From Leucoraja erinacea (Eukaryota), in the NCBI RefSeq assembly GCF_028641065.1, contig NC_073385.1, positions 18,600,001-18,664,000 on the forward strand: 64,000 nucleotides of DNA, given 5' to 3'. The notes under the pieces are model-generated. The model worked only from the letters and a program-made list of their open reading frames with translations. It did not search any database and was not told the DNA's origin. Numbering within the stretch: position 1 is the first letter of the stretch; each line of letters starts with the position of its first letter. Positions 1 through 14,415 of this stretch are shown piece after piece. Position numbers and translations under genes: made by a program.

Positions 1-273
1 ACGATCAGTTTTATAGTTATATATGGATATTTATTATATAAATCTGTGCTATTAACTGCCTATGTCCTTACTGTTTTAAATTGTATTTTTGTTTGGACCT
101 GCGATCTTGTGGAAAGCATTTTGGCTTGCATTCAATTGTATGAGAAGTGTTATATAAATAAAGTTATTTATTATTATTATATGGGCCAAGCACAAGTAAG
201 TAGGACTTGTGTAGATGGGGCATGTTGGCCGTGTTGGTCTGAAGGGCCTGTTTCTGCGCTGTGTGACGATTAC

Positions 274-279
274 TTTATT
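274..279 (-). promoter_or_regulatory. Candidate polyadenylation signal of HHIPL1
   Basis: AATAAA on the minus strand about 105 nt after the stop codon; motif evidence only. Confidence 0.4.
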
Positions 280-384
280 CCCAGTACCAGTGTATGTCTC
301 CTGTTGCAAGGTTGTGGTCCCAGGGACTGACTGCCCCTTTGCGCTGTTATTTCCCGTTGTCGGCAGGCATTTTCCGTGGTGTTT

Positions 385-927
<543 letters not shown>

Positions 928-2079
928 TCAGTGTCGGCAAGGAATGAGTGCAAGGCACCAAAAACTCAGTCAGTCTGACGAAGGGTCCCAACCCGAAACC
1001 TCACCCCTCCCCTCTTCTCCAGAGATGCGGCCTGGCTCGCTGAGTTACTCCAGTATTTTGTCTCTCTTGAGTTTCACTTTTAGAGATACGGCATGGAAAC
1101 AGGCCCTTCAGCCCACTGGGTCCGCGCCGACCAGCGATCACCCAGTACACTAGCACTATCCCACACACTAGGGACTGTTTACAGAAGCCAATTAACCTAC
1201 AAATCCGCACGTCTTTGGAGCGTGGGAGGAAACCGGAGCTCCCGGAGAAAACCCACGTGGTTTTTAGTTTAGAGATCCAGCTTAGAAACAGGCCCTTCGG
1301 CCCAACGGGTCCGCGCCGACCAGCGATCCCCGCACATCAACGCCATCCTATACACACTGGGGGCAATTTTTACATTTACCAAGTCAATTAAACCTACAAA
1401 CCTGTACGTCTTTGGAGTGTGGGAGGAAATCGAAGATCTCAGAGAAAACCCATGCAAGTCACGGGGAGAACGTGCAGACTCCGTACAGACAGCGCCTGTA
1501 GTTGGAGTTTTTTGGTGTAAACCAGCATCTGCAGTTCCTTGTTTATACGCCCAGTCAGTGAAGCTGGAAAGGGCGTAGAGAAGATTCTGAAGATGTTGCC
1601 AGGACTTGAGGGCCTGATCTACAGGGAGAGGTTGAGCTGGCTGGGAGTTATCTTTGGAGCGCAGGAGGCTGAGGGGTGACCTTATTGAGGTGCACAAGAT
1701 CATGAGAAGGCACAGATAAAGTGAACACTCACAGTCTTTCTCCCAGGGTAGAAGATTCTAAGACTGGAGCACACAGGTTGAAAGTAAACGAGACGTTATT
1801 TAACAAGAAACATAGAAACATAGAAAATCGGTGCAGGAGGAGGCCATTCGGCCCTTCGAGCCAGCACCACCATTCATTGTGATCATGGCTGATTGGCCCC
1901 AATCAATAACCCGTGCCTGCCTTCTCCCCATACAGGCAGTTTAAAAGGCATTTGGACAGGTGCATGGATAGGATGTGGGTCAGATGGAGGCAGGTGGGAC
2001 CAGTGTAGATGGGGCGTCTTGGTCAGCATGGATAAGTAAGTTGGGGCCTGTTTCCGTGCTGTGAGAGAGAGAGATAGCT

Positions 2080-3075
2080 ATGGCATAAACTACAGCTCTG
2101 CCTTTAATACCATTACACCATCCATGCTCGTCACCAAACTCACTGGATTTAGTGCCAGCTCTCATCTCTATAACTGGATCCTTGACTTCCTGACCAACAG
2201 ACCCCACTCAGTGAGGATAGGGGAGGTCAGAGGGAGAATGTAAATCTCGTACAAGGAAGCACACGTCGTCAGGATCGAAACCCGGGTGTTGGCTGTGAGG
2301 CTGCAAATCAACGCATGAGCCCACCGTGCTGCCCTACAAATTATCCTCTACGATGACCCTCAACACTGGTGCTCCACAAGGCTGCGTTCTCAGCCCCATC
2401 TTTACTCCTTGTACACCCACCACTGTGCAGCCACGTACTAATCTAATTCAATTTTAATAATTCCACAGACGACACCACCGTCGTGGGTCGGATAACAACT
2501 AATGATGAGACGGAGTACGGGAAGGAGATCGAGAACCTCGTGTCCGCGTGTCGAGATCAACAACCTTTCTCTCAATGTCAGCAAGACAAAGGGGACAGTG
2601 ATGGACTTCAGGAAGTGAAGTTGTCCACATTCCCCAGTTTGCATTGACGGTGCCAAAGTAGGGAAGGTTGAAAACTAGGCGTCAATATCACCAACTACAT
2701 CTCCTGGGCCACCCATATTGAAGCAACGACCAAGAAAGCACATCGACACCTCTACTTCCTTTGAAGGTTTAGGAAGTTCTGCATGTCCCCAACAACTCTC
2801 CCCAACTTCTACAGATGCGCCGTAGAGAGCATTTTATCGGGATGCATCACAGCTCGGTTTGGGAACAGCTCCATCCAAGACAGCAAGAAATTGCAGAGAA
2901 TTGTGGATGTAGCCCAGACCATCACGCAACCCAACCTCCCTTCCATTGACTCCATCTACACCTCACGCTGCCTCGGCAAGGCCAGCAGCATAATCAAGGA
3001 CCAGTCTCACCCCCAGTCACTCCCTCTTCTCCCCTCTCCCATCGGGCAAGTGGTACAGAAGTGTGAAACACGCAC
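2080..3075 (+). mobile_element. Rex1/Babar-like LINE 3' fragment
   Basis: [51 protein letters not shown]. Confidence 0.75.
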
Positions 3076-3105
3076 GCACAGCTCCACAATAATAAGAGAA
3101 CTTAC

Positions 3106-3188
3106 TTGGCCGAGGTGCAAAGTTGATGAGTTTGCTTTTCACTTTCACTGCCAGCGGTGAGTAGCGACATTTCCTGGGCGGGGCTCTC
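3106..3188 (-). CDS. HHIPL1: HHIPL1 coding exon 8
   Basis: Acceptor tttcccag; RAPPRKCRYSPLAVKVKSKLINFAPRP. Donor GTAAGT; 83 nt. Confidence 0.9.
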
Positions 3189-3889
3189 CTGGGAAATGGA
3201 CACAACAAGTGATTATGCTTGAGGTGACCCCTTTCTCCCCCCCACACCCACCCATGCTGTCCCTGCCCTGAGAGGGTACAGAGGGAGGTAGACACGAAAT
3301 GCTGGAGTAACTCCGCGGGACAGGCAGCATCTCTGGGGAGAAGGAATTGGTGACGTTTCGGGCCGAGACCCTTCTTCAGCGTAGTGGGTGCTTCGCTCTG
3401 TATCGATCCAACACAGAGAAAATTGAGTGTTACAGAACATAGCACAGGTCAATAGACAATAGGAATAGGCGATTCGGCCCTTCGAGCTAGCACCGCCATT
3501 CAATGTGATCATGGCTGATCATCCGCAATCAGTACCCCGTTCCTGCCTTCTCCCCATACCCCCTGACTCCGCTATCGTTAAGGGCCCTATCTTGCTCTCT
3601 CTTGAAAGTATCCAGAGAACCGTCTTCCACCGCCCTCTGAGGCAGAGATTTCCACAGACTTACAACTCTCTGTGAGAAAAAGTGTTTCGTCGTCGCCGTT
3701 CTAAACGGCTTACCCCTTATTCTTAAACTGTGGCTCCTGGTTCTGGACTCCCCCAACATAACGTAGTTGGGACATGTTGGCCAGTGTGGGCGAGTTGGGC
3801 CGAAGGGCCTGTTTCTGTGCTGTGTGACTACGACTCTACAATTCCTCTCCAGAGACTTCTCCCTCCCCCTCCCCCTCCTCCAACCTAAT

Positions 3890-4402
3890 CTGCACCTCCT
3901 CCAACCTCATCTATTGCATCCTCATCCGCGCTGCTCTAGGTGTCAGCTGCTCTACATCGGTGAGACCAAGCGTAGGCTCGGCGATCGTTTCGCCCATGAC
4001 CTCCGCACTGTTCGCCATAACCAACCTGATCGCCCGGTGGCTCAGCACTTCAACTTCCCCTCCCATTCCGAATCCGACCTTTCTGTCCTGGGCCTCCTCC
4101 ATGGCCAGAGTCAGTGTAAATTGGAGGAGCAGCACGTCATATTTCACTTGGGTAGTTTACACCCCAGTGGTAAGAACATTGACTTCTCCAATTTCAGGTA
4201 GTCCTTGCTTTCTCCCTCTTTCCCCTCCCCTTCCCAGCTCTCCCACAGCCCACTGTCTCTGCCTCTTCCTTTCTTCTTCCTGCGCCCACCACCCCCCCCA
4301 CATCAATCTGAAGAAGGGTCTCGACCCGAAACATCACTTATTCCTTCGCTCCATAGATGCTGCCGCACCCGCTGAGTTTCTCCAGCATTTTTGTCTGCCT
4401 TC
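3890..4402 (+). mobile_element. Penelope-like element 3' fragment: GIY-YIG endonuclease, 3'UTR and hammerhead-like tail
   Basis: NLIYCI..CSRCQLLYIGETKRRLGDRF.........PVAQHFN...H........EEQH.IF.LGSL.P.G.NIDFSNF*, then a pyrimidine-rich UTR and CTGAAGAAGGGTCTCGACCCGAAAC at 4308. Confidence 0.88.
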
Positions 4403-4765
4403 AGTAGAAGTTGCGATCACTGTCGTACATGGCATTGTAAGGAACGATGATAAAGCACACACACACCAAAACCCTGTACTTCCAGCGGCGGAAGTCCGCA
4501 GGAACTGGAGGACAGAGACGTGTGGTGCGTCCGTCACCGTTCCCGTCGGAAACCAGCGCCACTGCGTCGCTAATGTTTTCAACGATGATGGATGAATTAA
4601 ACGTTATTCCCTTATCCTGTATCTGTACACTGCGAATGGCTCGATTGTAATCATGTGTAGTCTTTCTGCTGACTGGATAGCACGCAACAAACGCGTTTCA
4701 CTGTACACGTGACAATAATCTAAACTGAACCAAACTATTTACTTGTTTCTGTTACTGTGGCTTAC

Positions 4766-4847
4766 CTTGCAGGATCGACTATTTTGTAAACAACTCCAGT
4801 TGGGGATGTGGATGTTGGTATCCGGGTGGATAGGAAGTATAATTCTC
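4766..4847 (-). CDS. HHIPL1: HHIPL1 coding exon 7 (not in the ORF track)
   Basis: Acceptor tttccctag; GELYFLSTRIPTSTSPTGVVYKIVDPAR. Donor GTAAGC; 82 nt. Confidence 0.93.
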
Positions 4848-6158
4848 CTAGGGAAACAAGAAGAGACAGCTGTAAGGATTTTTATTGCAACTCAGAGCAA
4901 TACGTTTTTTACCTAAAAACCAGGCCTCTGTGATCAGGCTTCTGAACAGCCCATCCATAAGCTAGGGTACTGTCCGATTCACCTCTAACCCATTGCGGAC
5001 ATTGGACCTTGTTTTAGTCTTTAGTTTTAGTTTTAGAGATAACAGCACGGAAACAGGCCGATCGGCCCGCCAAGCCCGCACCGACCAGCGATCACCACCG
5101 TACACTAGCATCTTCCTACACGCTATTTACAATTTAACATTTTTACCGAACCTGTACGTCTTTGGATTTAACCTACAAACCTGTACGTCTTTGGAATGTG
5201 GGAGGAAACCGGAGCACTGGGGGAAAACCCACAGGGTCACAGGGAGATCGTGCAAACTCCGTACAGACAGCACCCATAGTCAGGATGGAACCTGGGTCTC
5301 TGACGCTGCGAGGCAGCAACTCTACCGCTGCGCCACCGTGCCATTTTGTCTGTGGAACTGATGCGCTATAATGCTGAGAACTATATTCTGCACTCTGAAT
5401 CTTCCCCTTTGCTCTACCTGTTGTGCTTGAGTCTGATCTGAAGCTAGGCACAAAATGCTGGAGTAACTCAGCGGGACTGGAAGCATCTCTGGAGAGAAGG
5501 GATGGGTGACGTTTCGGTAGAGACCCTTCTTCGGTATCTGATCTGTTTGTGTGTAGAGGTACACTCTACACACTAGGTTGTGTACACACAATGTTTCTTC
5601 ATTGAACGAGACAGCCCCGGCACTCACGCGCATTCAGTTAATCTTTAACTATAAACCTTGGCCCCGTTCGTGAGCACACCAGCTATGGCCCTGTCCCACT
5701 TCGGTGATTTTTCAGCGGACTGCCAGCGGCTGTCAAGTTGCCAGCAGTCGCCTGAAAAACCGGCACCTTGAAAGGCCACTGTCAGAGTTCCCAGGAACAT
5801 TGGAAGTTGAGGGATGGAAGTATATAAAATTACGAGAGGCATAGATAGGGTAGACAGCCAGAATTTGTTTCCCAAGGTGGAAGTGCCAAAGCCTAGAGGG
5901 CATGAAAACCGAAACCTAAACCTAAAAATGGAAACCATCTGAACTCTTATATTTGACACCTCTTCACTGAATATCAGAGTGCATCATATCCACTGAAGCA
6001 TTTTTTGGTGTATATCCGTTGGAATTTTGATTTAGAAACAGATTGATTGAATCAATTGAAAGATACAGCATGGAAACAGGCCCTTCGGCCCACCGAGTCC
6101 ACGCTGACCATCGATCAGCCATTCGCACCAGTTCCGTGTTATCCCACTTTCCCATTCA

Positions 6159-6692
<534 letters not shown>

Positions 6693-8128
6693 TTAGAAGC
6701 CATTTAGAGGGACGAAGTGGGGACCTCGTTGAAAACTTACTGCATATACCCACTGCTCAGTTTCAAGAAGAATCTCGACCCGAAACGTCACCCATTCCTT
6801 CTCTCCAGAGATGCTGCCCGTCCCGCAGAGTTACTCCAGCATTTTGTGTCTATCTTCGGTTTAAACCGGCAGCTGAAGTCCTTTCCTACACACTGTTCCG
6901 TCCGCTACGTAAACAATATTATTCCTCATACCCTTTTTGTTTCTCTTACTTGTGCAGTTTTGGTCCCCTAATTTGAGGAAGGACATTCGTGCTATTGAGG
7001 GAGTGCAGCGTAGGTTCACCAGGTTAATTCCCGGGATGGCGGGACTGTCATATGCTGAGAGAATGGAGCAGCTGGGCTTGTACACTCTGGTGTTTAGAAG
7101 GATGAGAGGGATCTCATTGAAACATATAAGATTATTAAGGGCTTGGACACGCTAGAGGCAGGAAACGTGTTCCCGATGTTGGGGGAGTCCAGAACCAGGG
7201 GCCACAGTTTAAGAATAAGGAGTAAGCCATTTAGAACGAAGACGGGGAAACACTTTTTCTCACAGAGAGTTGTGAGTCTGTGGAATTCTCTGCCTCAGAA
7301 GGGCGGTGGAGGCCGGTTATCTGGATGCTTTCAAGAGCGAGCCAGATAGGGCTCTTAAAAATAATGGATATGTGGAGAAGGCAGGAACGGGGTACTGATT
7401 GTGGATGATCAGCCATGATCACATTGAATGGCGATGCTGGCTCGAAGGGCCGAATGGCCTACTCCTGCACCTATTGTCTAGTGTTATTCACTGCTCTGTT
7501 CTCTGGTCATTGAGTACTTTCCTGGCAGGCCGTGGGCCGAGGTGCTTTTTCGGTCAAGTTGGTGACCCAAATAACGTAAACCACCTGATGGAGCCGGCAC
7601 TATGGGGGTGCTGAACTCATGGCATGGACTCAGTGGGCCAAAGGACCTGTTCTTCCTTCTCCCCTCTCCCATCAGGCAAGAGGTACAGAAGTTTGGTCCC
7701 GGGTCTGCGAGGCAGCAACTCTGTTGATAGACCACTCCTGCTAAATGCAATGGGCTGACGTGTAATACGCAACGGGGCGGAACGTGGGCCTTTTTTTCAT
7801 CCATTTCCGTAACCCGACCCGACCCAACTCACAGTGTAATCAACGTTGCGGGGGAACAGTTTGTGTTAATAAATTAAAATTCTGAAAATGAGGAGAAGGT
7901 TTTTACCAAATAACTTTTATTTTTACGAGGATGTTTCCGTAACCGGCTTCCGTCTCCGCACTAGTATCCTACGGGATCTTTGGTGCGGAGACGTAAGCTG
8001 GTTACGGAAAAGGGGCCTTAAATTACCCGTGAATCTGCCCGTGACCGAACTACGTATTTTTCATCGAGTGGACTATCTTGCTCGCTATAGGATCTTTGAC
8101 CGTGACCTCCCTAGTCGCCAGCGACTCA

Positions 8129-8341
<213 letters not shown>

Positions 8342-8345
8342 CTAA

Positions 8346-8679
8346 AGGGCCTGACCCACTCACGCCAATTTTTTCAGTGACTTGCCGGCACCCGTCATAG
8401 TCGCGGCAGGTGGCCGAAAATGTTCAACATGTTGAAAATCCAGCGGCTAGTCCAGAATACTAGTCCAGAAAAAGGTTTGGCTCTTTGGGTGACTACTCAT
8501 GACCATACTGACATGTCGCGGTGTGATGTCTGTTTGGTGGTGAGTAGTCGCCCAAAGAGCCGTACCTTTATCTGGTCGCCGCTGGATTTTCAGCATGTTG
8601 AACATTTTCGACCACCTGCCGCGACTATGACGGGTGCCAGCAAGTCGCCGAAAAAAATCGCATAAGTGGGACAGGCCCT
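8346..8679. mobile_element. PIF/Harbinger-type MITE
   Basis: Termini AGGGCCTGACCCACT...AGTGGGACAGGCCCT, long imperfect inverted arms, flanks TAA/TCA. A partial relative lies at 5688-5790. Confidence 0.7.
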
Positions 8680-9399
8680 TCACTTGCAGCCTGGCACACC
8701 AGAATCTGTAAACATAGTACACTGGAAAGAAATATACTAAACGACAAAAACAAAATACAGTGTGTGTGTGTGTGTGTGTGGTCATAGAACAGAATTGATG
8801 GGCTGAATGGCTTCTTGCTCCTACCTTCTATGTTTCCAACTTATCAGAGTCGTCCAGCCCCGTACAGTAACGACATGTACCAACGCATCCATGCCGATCA
8901 AGTTGCCCCATTTACACTAGTCCCATTTGCCTGCATTTGGCCCATATCCCTCTAAACCATTCCGATCCATGTACCTGTCCAAGTGCCTGTTAAATGGTAC
9001 CTGCCTCAACTACCGCCTCTGGCAGCTCGTTCCATACACCCACCACTCTCTGAGTGAAAAAGTTGCTCCTCAGATTCCTAATAAATCTTTCCCCTCCCAC
9101 ATTAAATGCATGTCCCCCTGGTACTTGATTCCCCGACTCTAGGTGAAACATGGACAATGTGAGCTAAAGGGCCTGTTTCTGGGCTGTACAGTTCTATGTT
9201 CTATTAATAACCACAGCCTAATAGCCCAGGAAAGAGAGAGCTAGATAGGGCTCTAAAAGATAGCGAAGTCAGGGGATATGGGGAGAAGGCAGGAACGGGG
9301 TACTGATTGGGGATGATCAGCCATTATCACAGTGAATGGGGCTCTCGAGGGGCCTAATGGCCTACTCCTGCACCTATTGTCTATTGTCTACTGAAAGGG

Positions 9400-9655
9400 T
9401 GGCAGGGTGGCGCAGCGGTAGAGTTGCTGCCTAACAGCGCCAGAGACCCGGGTTTGATCCTGACTACGGGTGCTGCCTGTACGGAGTTTGCACGTTCTCC
9501 CCGTGACCTGCGTGGGTTTTCTCCGGGTGCTCCGGTTTCATTCCACACTCCAAAGACGTGCAGATTTGTAGGTTAATTGGCTTCTGTAAATTGTAAATTG
9601 TTCCCAGTTTGAAGAATGGTGCTAGTGTACGGAGTGGTCGCTGGTCAGCTCTAAA
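9400..9655 (+). mobile_element. tRNA-derived V-SINE (HE1-like); representative of about 12 copies
   Basis: A box TGGCGCAGCGG, B box GGTT(C/T)GATCC and a conserved core GTGGGTTTTCTCCGGGTGCTCCGGTTTC. Other copies near 1075-1500, 5020-5342, 6050-6368, 43715-44236, 46339-46850, 50370-50655 and 60945-61040. Confidence 0.8.
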
Positions 9656-9982
9656 CGACATTAGAAAATACTGGGTCGAGTGAAGATTGGCTGCCGATTC
9701 CAATTCGATCAGACGTTAGGGTCTTAATTTAATTTAGTTTAGAGATACAGCGCGGAAACAGGCCCTTTGGCGTACCGAGTCCACGCCGACCAGCGATTCC
9801 CCACACTAGTTTAGACAATAGACAATAGGTGCAGGAGTAGGCCATTCGGCCCTTCGTGCCAGCACCGCCATTCAATGTGATCATGGCTGATCATCCCCAA
9901 TCAGTACCCCGTTCCTACCTGCCTTCCGTTATTTTCCCCGTATTCTCCCCAGATCCCCTGACTCCACAGCTTAGGTGATTTA

Positions 9983-10369
<387 letters not shown>

Positions 10370-10479
10370 TCAACCCTTCAGCTCAGTTCAAGCGGAGGAA
10401 GGAACTGCAGGTGCTGGTTTAATCCGAAGATAGACACAAAAAAACCCAATGGGACAGGCAGCATCTCCGGAGAGAAGGA

Positions 10480-11720
10480 ATGACAATAGACAATAGACAA
10501 CAGGTGCAGGAGTAGGCGATTTGGTCCTTTGAGCCAGCACCGCCATTCAATGTGATCATGGATGATCATCCCCAATCAGTACCCCTTTCCTGCCATCTCC
10601 CCATATCCCCTGACTCCGCTATCTTTAAGAGCCCTATCTAGCTCTCTCCTGAAAGCGACCAGAGAACCGGCCTTCACCGCCCTCTGAGGCAGAGAATTCC
10701 ACAGACTCACAACTCTCTGTGAGAAACGGTGTTTCCCGGTCTCCGTTCTAAATGGCTTACTACTGATTCTTAAACTGTGGCACCTGGTTCTGGACTCCCC
10801 CAAAATCAGGAACATGTTTCCTGTATCTAGTTTGTCCAAGCCATTAACAATCTTATATGTTTCAATGAGATAACCTCTCATCCTTCTAAACTCCAGAGTG
10901 TACAAGCCCAGCCGCTCCGTTCTCTCAGCATCTGACAGTCCCGCCATCCCGGGGATTAACCTTGTAAACCTACGCTGCACTCCCTCAATAGCAAGAATTG
11001 AGGGGAGGCCTGATAGAAGGATATACAATTATTAGAGGCACAGATAGGATAGCCAGTTAGAACCTTTTTCTCAGGGTGGAAGTGTCAGGCGGTGAAGAAA
11101 GCGAATGGCATGTTGGCCTTCATAACAAGAGGAGTTGAGTATAGGAGCAAAGAGGTCCTTCTGCAGCTGTACAGGGCCCTAGTGAGACCACACCTAGAGT
11201 ATTGTGTGCAGTTTTGGTCTCCAAATTTGAGGAAGGACATTTTTGCTATTGAGGGAGCGCAGCGTAGGTTCACCAGGTTAATTCCCGGGATGGCGGGACT
11301 GTCATATGTTGATAGAATGGAGCAGCTGGGCTTGTACACTCTGGAATTTAAAAGGATGAGAGGGATCTTATTGAAACATATAAGATTATTAAGGGATTGG
11401 ACACGCTAGACCAGGAAACATGTTCCCGATGTTGGGGGAGTCTAGAACCAGGAGCTACAGTTTAAGAATGAGGGGTCGGCTATGTAGAACGGAGACGAGG
11501 AAAAACCTTTTTCACCCAGAGAGATGTGAGTCTGTGGAATTCTCTGCGTCAGAAGGTGGTGGAGGTCAATTCTCTGGATGCTTTCAAGACAGTTAGATAG
11601 GATATGGGGAGAAGGCAGGAACGGGGTACTAATTGGGGATAATCAGCCATGATGACATTGAATGGCGGTGCTGGCTCGAAGGGCCAAATGGCCTCCTCCT
11701 GCACATATTGTCTATTGTCT
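10480..11720. mobile_element. Head-to-head CR1 3' fragments (representative of >15 short CR1 tails in the window)
   Basis: LAIEGVQRRFTRLIPGM...RTRGHSL...FFSQRVV.LWNSLP and (CTATTGT)n tails. Others at about 3450-3765, 6950-7480, 12030-12330, 13745-14110, 19245-19695, 37412-37920, 41300-41820, 49735-50280, 52330-53240 and 63460-63990. Confidence 0.85.
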
Positions 11721-11853
11721 AAAGACTAGAGAGCACACCCTTAAAGTGAGAGGCGTACTTAATCGCAGAATAATATAGTCTCAAATATCATTTCGGGAAA
11801 AAACAAATCGACAACTGGTGAAACTAAGGAATGTTTTTTTTTAATTTGCATTA

Positions 11854-12090
<237 letters not shown>

Positions 12091-12374
12091 TCATTGCGAT
12101 CATGGCTGATCGTCCCCAATCAATAACCCGTGCCTGCCTTCTCCCCATATCCCCTGACTCCTCCATCCCCAAGAGCTCTATCTAATTCTCTCTTAAATCC
12201 ATCCAGTGATTTGGCCTCCACACTGCCCTCTGTGGCAGGGAATTCCTCAAATTCACAACTCTCTGGGTGAAAAAGTTTTTCCTCACCTCAGTCTTAAATG
12301 GCCTCCCCTTTATTCTAAGGCTGTGGCCCCCTGTCTTGCCCCAGTCATTCCCTCTTCTCCCGTCTCCATAACCA

Positions 12375-12437
12375 TAACCTTAACCTTAACCTTAACCCTA
12401 ACCCTATCCCTATCCCTATCCCTAACCCTAACCCTAA
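12375..12437. repeat. Degenerate telomere-like (CCCTAA/CCTTAA/CCCTAT)n tract
   Basis: About 10 hexamer units in HHIPL1 intron 2. Confidence 0.7.
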
Positions 12438-12494
12438 TGCAAGATAAACGTCTCACCCCAGTCACTCCCTCTTCTCCCCTCTCCCTAACCATAA

Positions 12495-12711
12495 CGCCTC
12501 TGGTCCCACTTAGGAAACCTGAACGGAAACCTCTGGAGACTTTGCGCCCCACCCAAGGTTTCCGTGCGGTTCCCGTAGGTTGCAGGAGGTTGCAGGTAGT
12601 GGAAGCAGGTAGGGAGACTGACAAAAACCTCCGGGAACTGCACGGAAACCTTGGGTGGGGCGCAAAGTCTCCAGAGGTTTCCGTTCAGGTTTCCTAAGTG
12701 GGACAGGGGCA
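12495..12711. mobile_element. PIF/Harbinger-type MITE (near-perfect ~80-bp inverted arms)
   Basis: GTCCCACTTAGGAAACCTGAACGGAAACC... is mirrored at the right end; TAA on both sides. Confidence 0.75.
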
Positions 12712-12811
12712 TAACTCTCCACAATCAGTACCCCGTTCCTGCCTTCTCCCCCATATCCCATTCCACACCAGTCAGCGGAAAGACTATACGCGAGTACACT
12801 CGAGCTGCCTA

Positions 12812-13522
<711 letters not shown>

Positions 13523-14415
13523 CTACAAAGGGGACACACACCGCGGTCAGACCAGGTGGACAATGCCGACCATCGATAATTGTGTCACACCGTCAAGCAG
13601 TGGTACAGCACGGAAACAGGCCCTTCGGCCCCACTTCCCAAGCCCCATCTACACTAGACCCACCTGCCCGCATTTGGCCCATATCCTTCGAAAACCTGTC
13701 CGACCCATGTATCCATGTTCCATGAGTCTGAAGAAGGGTTTCAATAGACAATAGGTGCAGGAGTAGGTCATTTGGCCCTTCGAGCCAGCACCGCCATTCA
13801 ATGTGATCATGGCTGATCATCCCCAATCAGTACCCCGTTCCTGCCTTCTCCCCATATCCCATGACACCGCTATCTTTAAGATCCCTATCCAGCTCTCTCT
13901 TGAAAGCATCCAGAAAACCTGCCTCCACCGCCCTCTGAGGCAGAGAATTCAACAGACTCACAACTCTCTGTGCGAAAATGTGTTTCCTCGTCTCCGTTCT
14001 AAATGGCTTACTCCTTATTCGTAAACTGTGGCCTCTGGTTCTGGACTCCCCCAACATCGGGAACATGTTTCCTGCCTCTAGTGTGTCCAAGCCCTTAACA
14101 ATCTTAAGGTTCAGGGCGACGCACTCTTTGCGGGGGGGGGGGGGGGAGGGGGGGGCAGGTCCGAGCGAGTGGGGCTGTGGTGTTCGGCGTCCACAGTGAA
14201 TTACGGAGGTGATGAAGTCTTTTCCCAGCTGATTCTCCATGCCTCAATTAACTACTTCTTCTGGAAGCTTATTCCATATCACCACCACCCACCGAGTGAA
14301 AAGGTTCCCATTAAATCTACCACCTCTCACCCTAAACCTACACCCTCTGGTTCTTGATTCCCCTACTCTGGGTAAAAGACTGTACAGTCAAAAAGGCACA
14401 ACAGATGATGTACTT

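Noticed and set aside
7726-8098. Possible TIR element (GATAGACCACTC ... GAGTGGACTATC)
   Set aside because: Only a 12-bp imperfect inverted match, no TSD and no second copy in the window, so it cannot be classified.
9405-9470. tRNA genes at the A/B-box sequences
   Set aside because: These are SINE heads continuing into the V-SINE core, with no complete cloverleaf or terminator.
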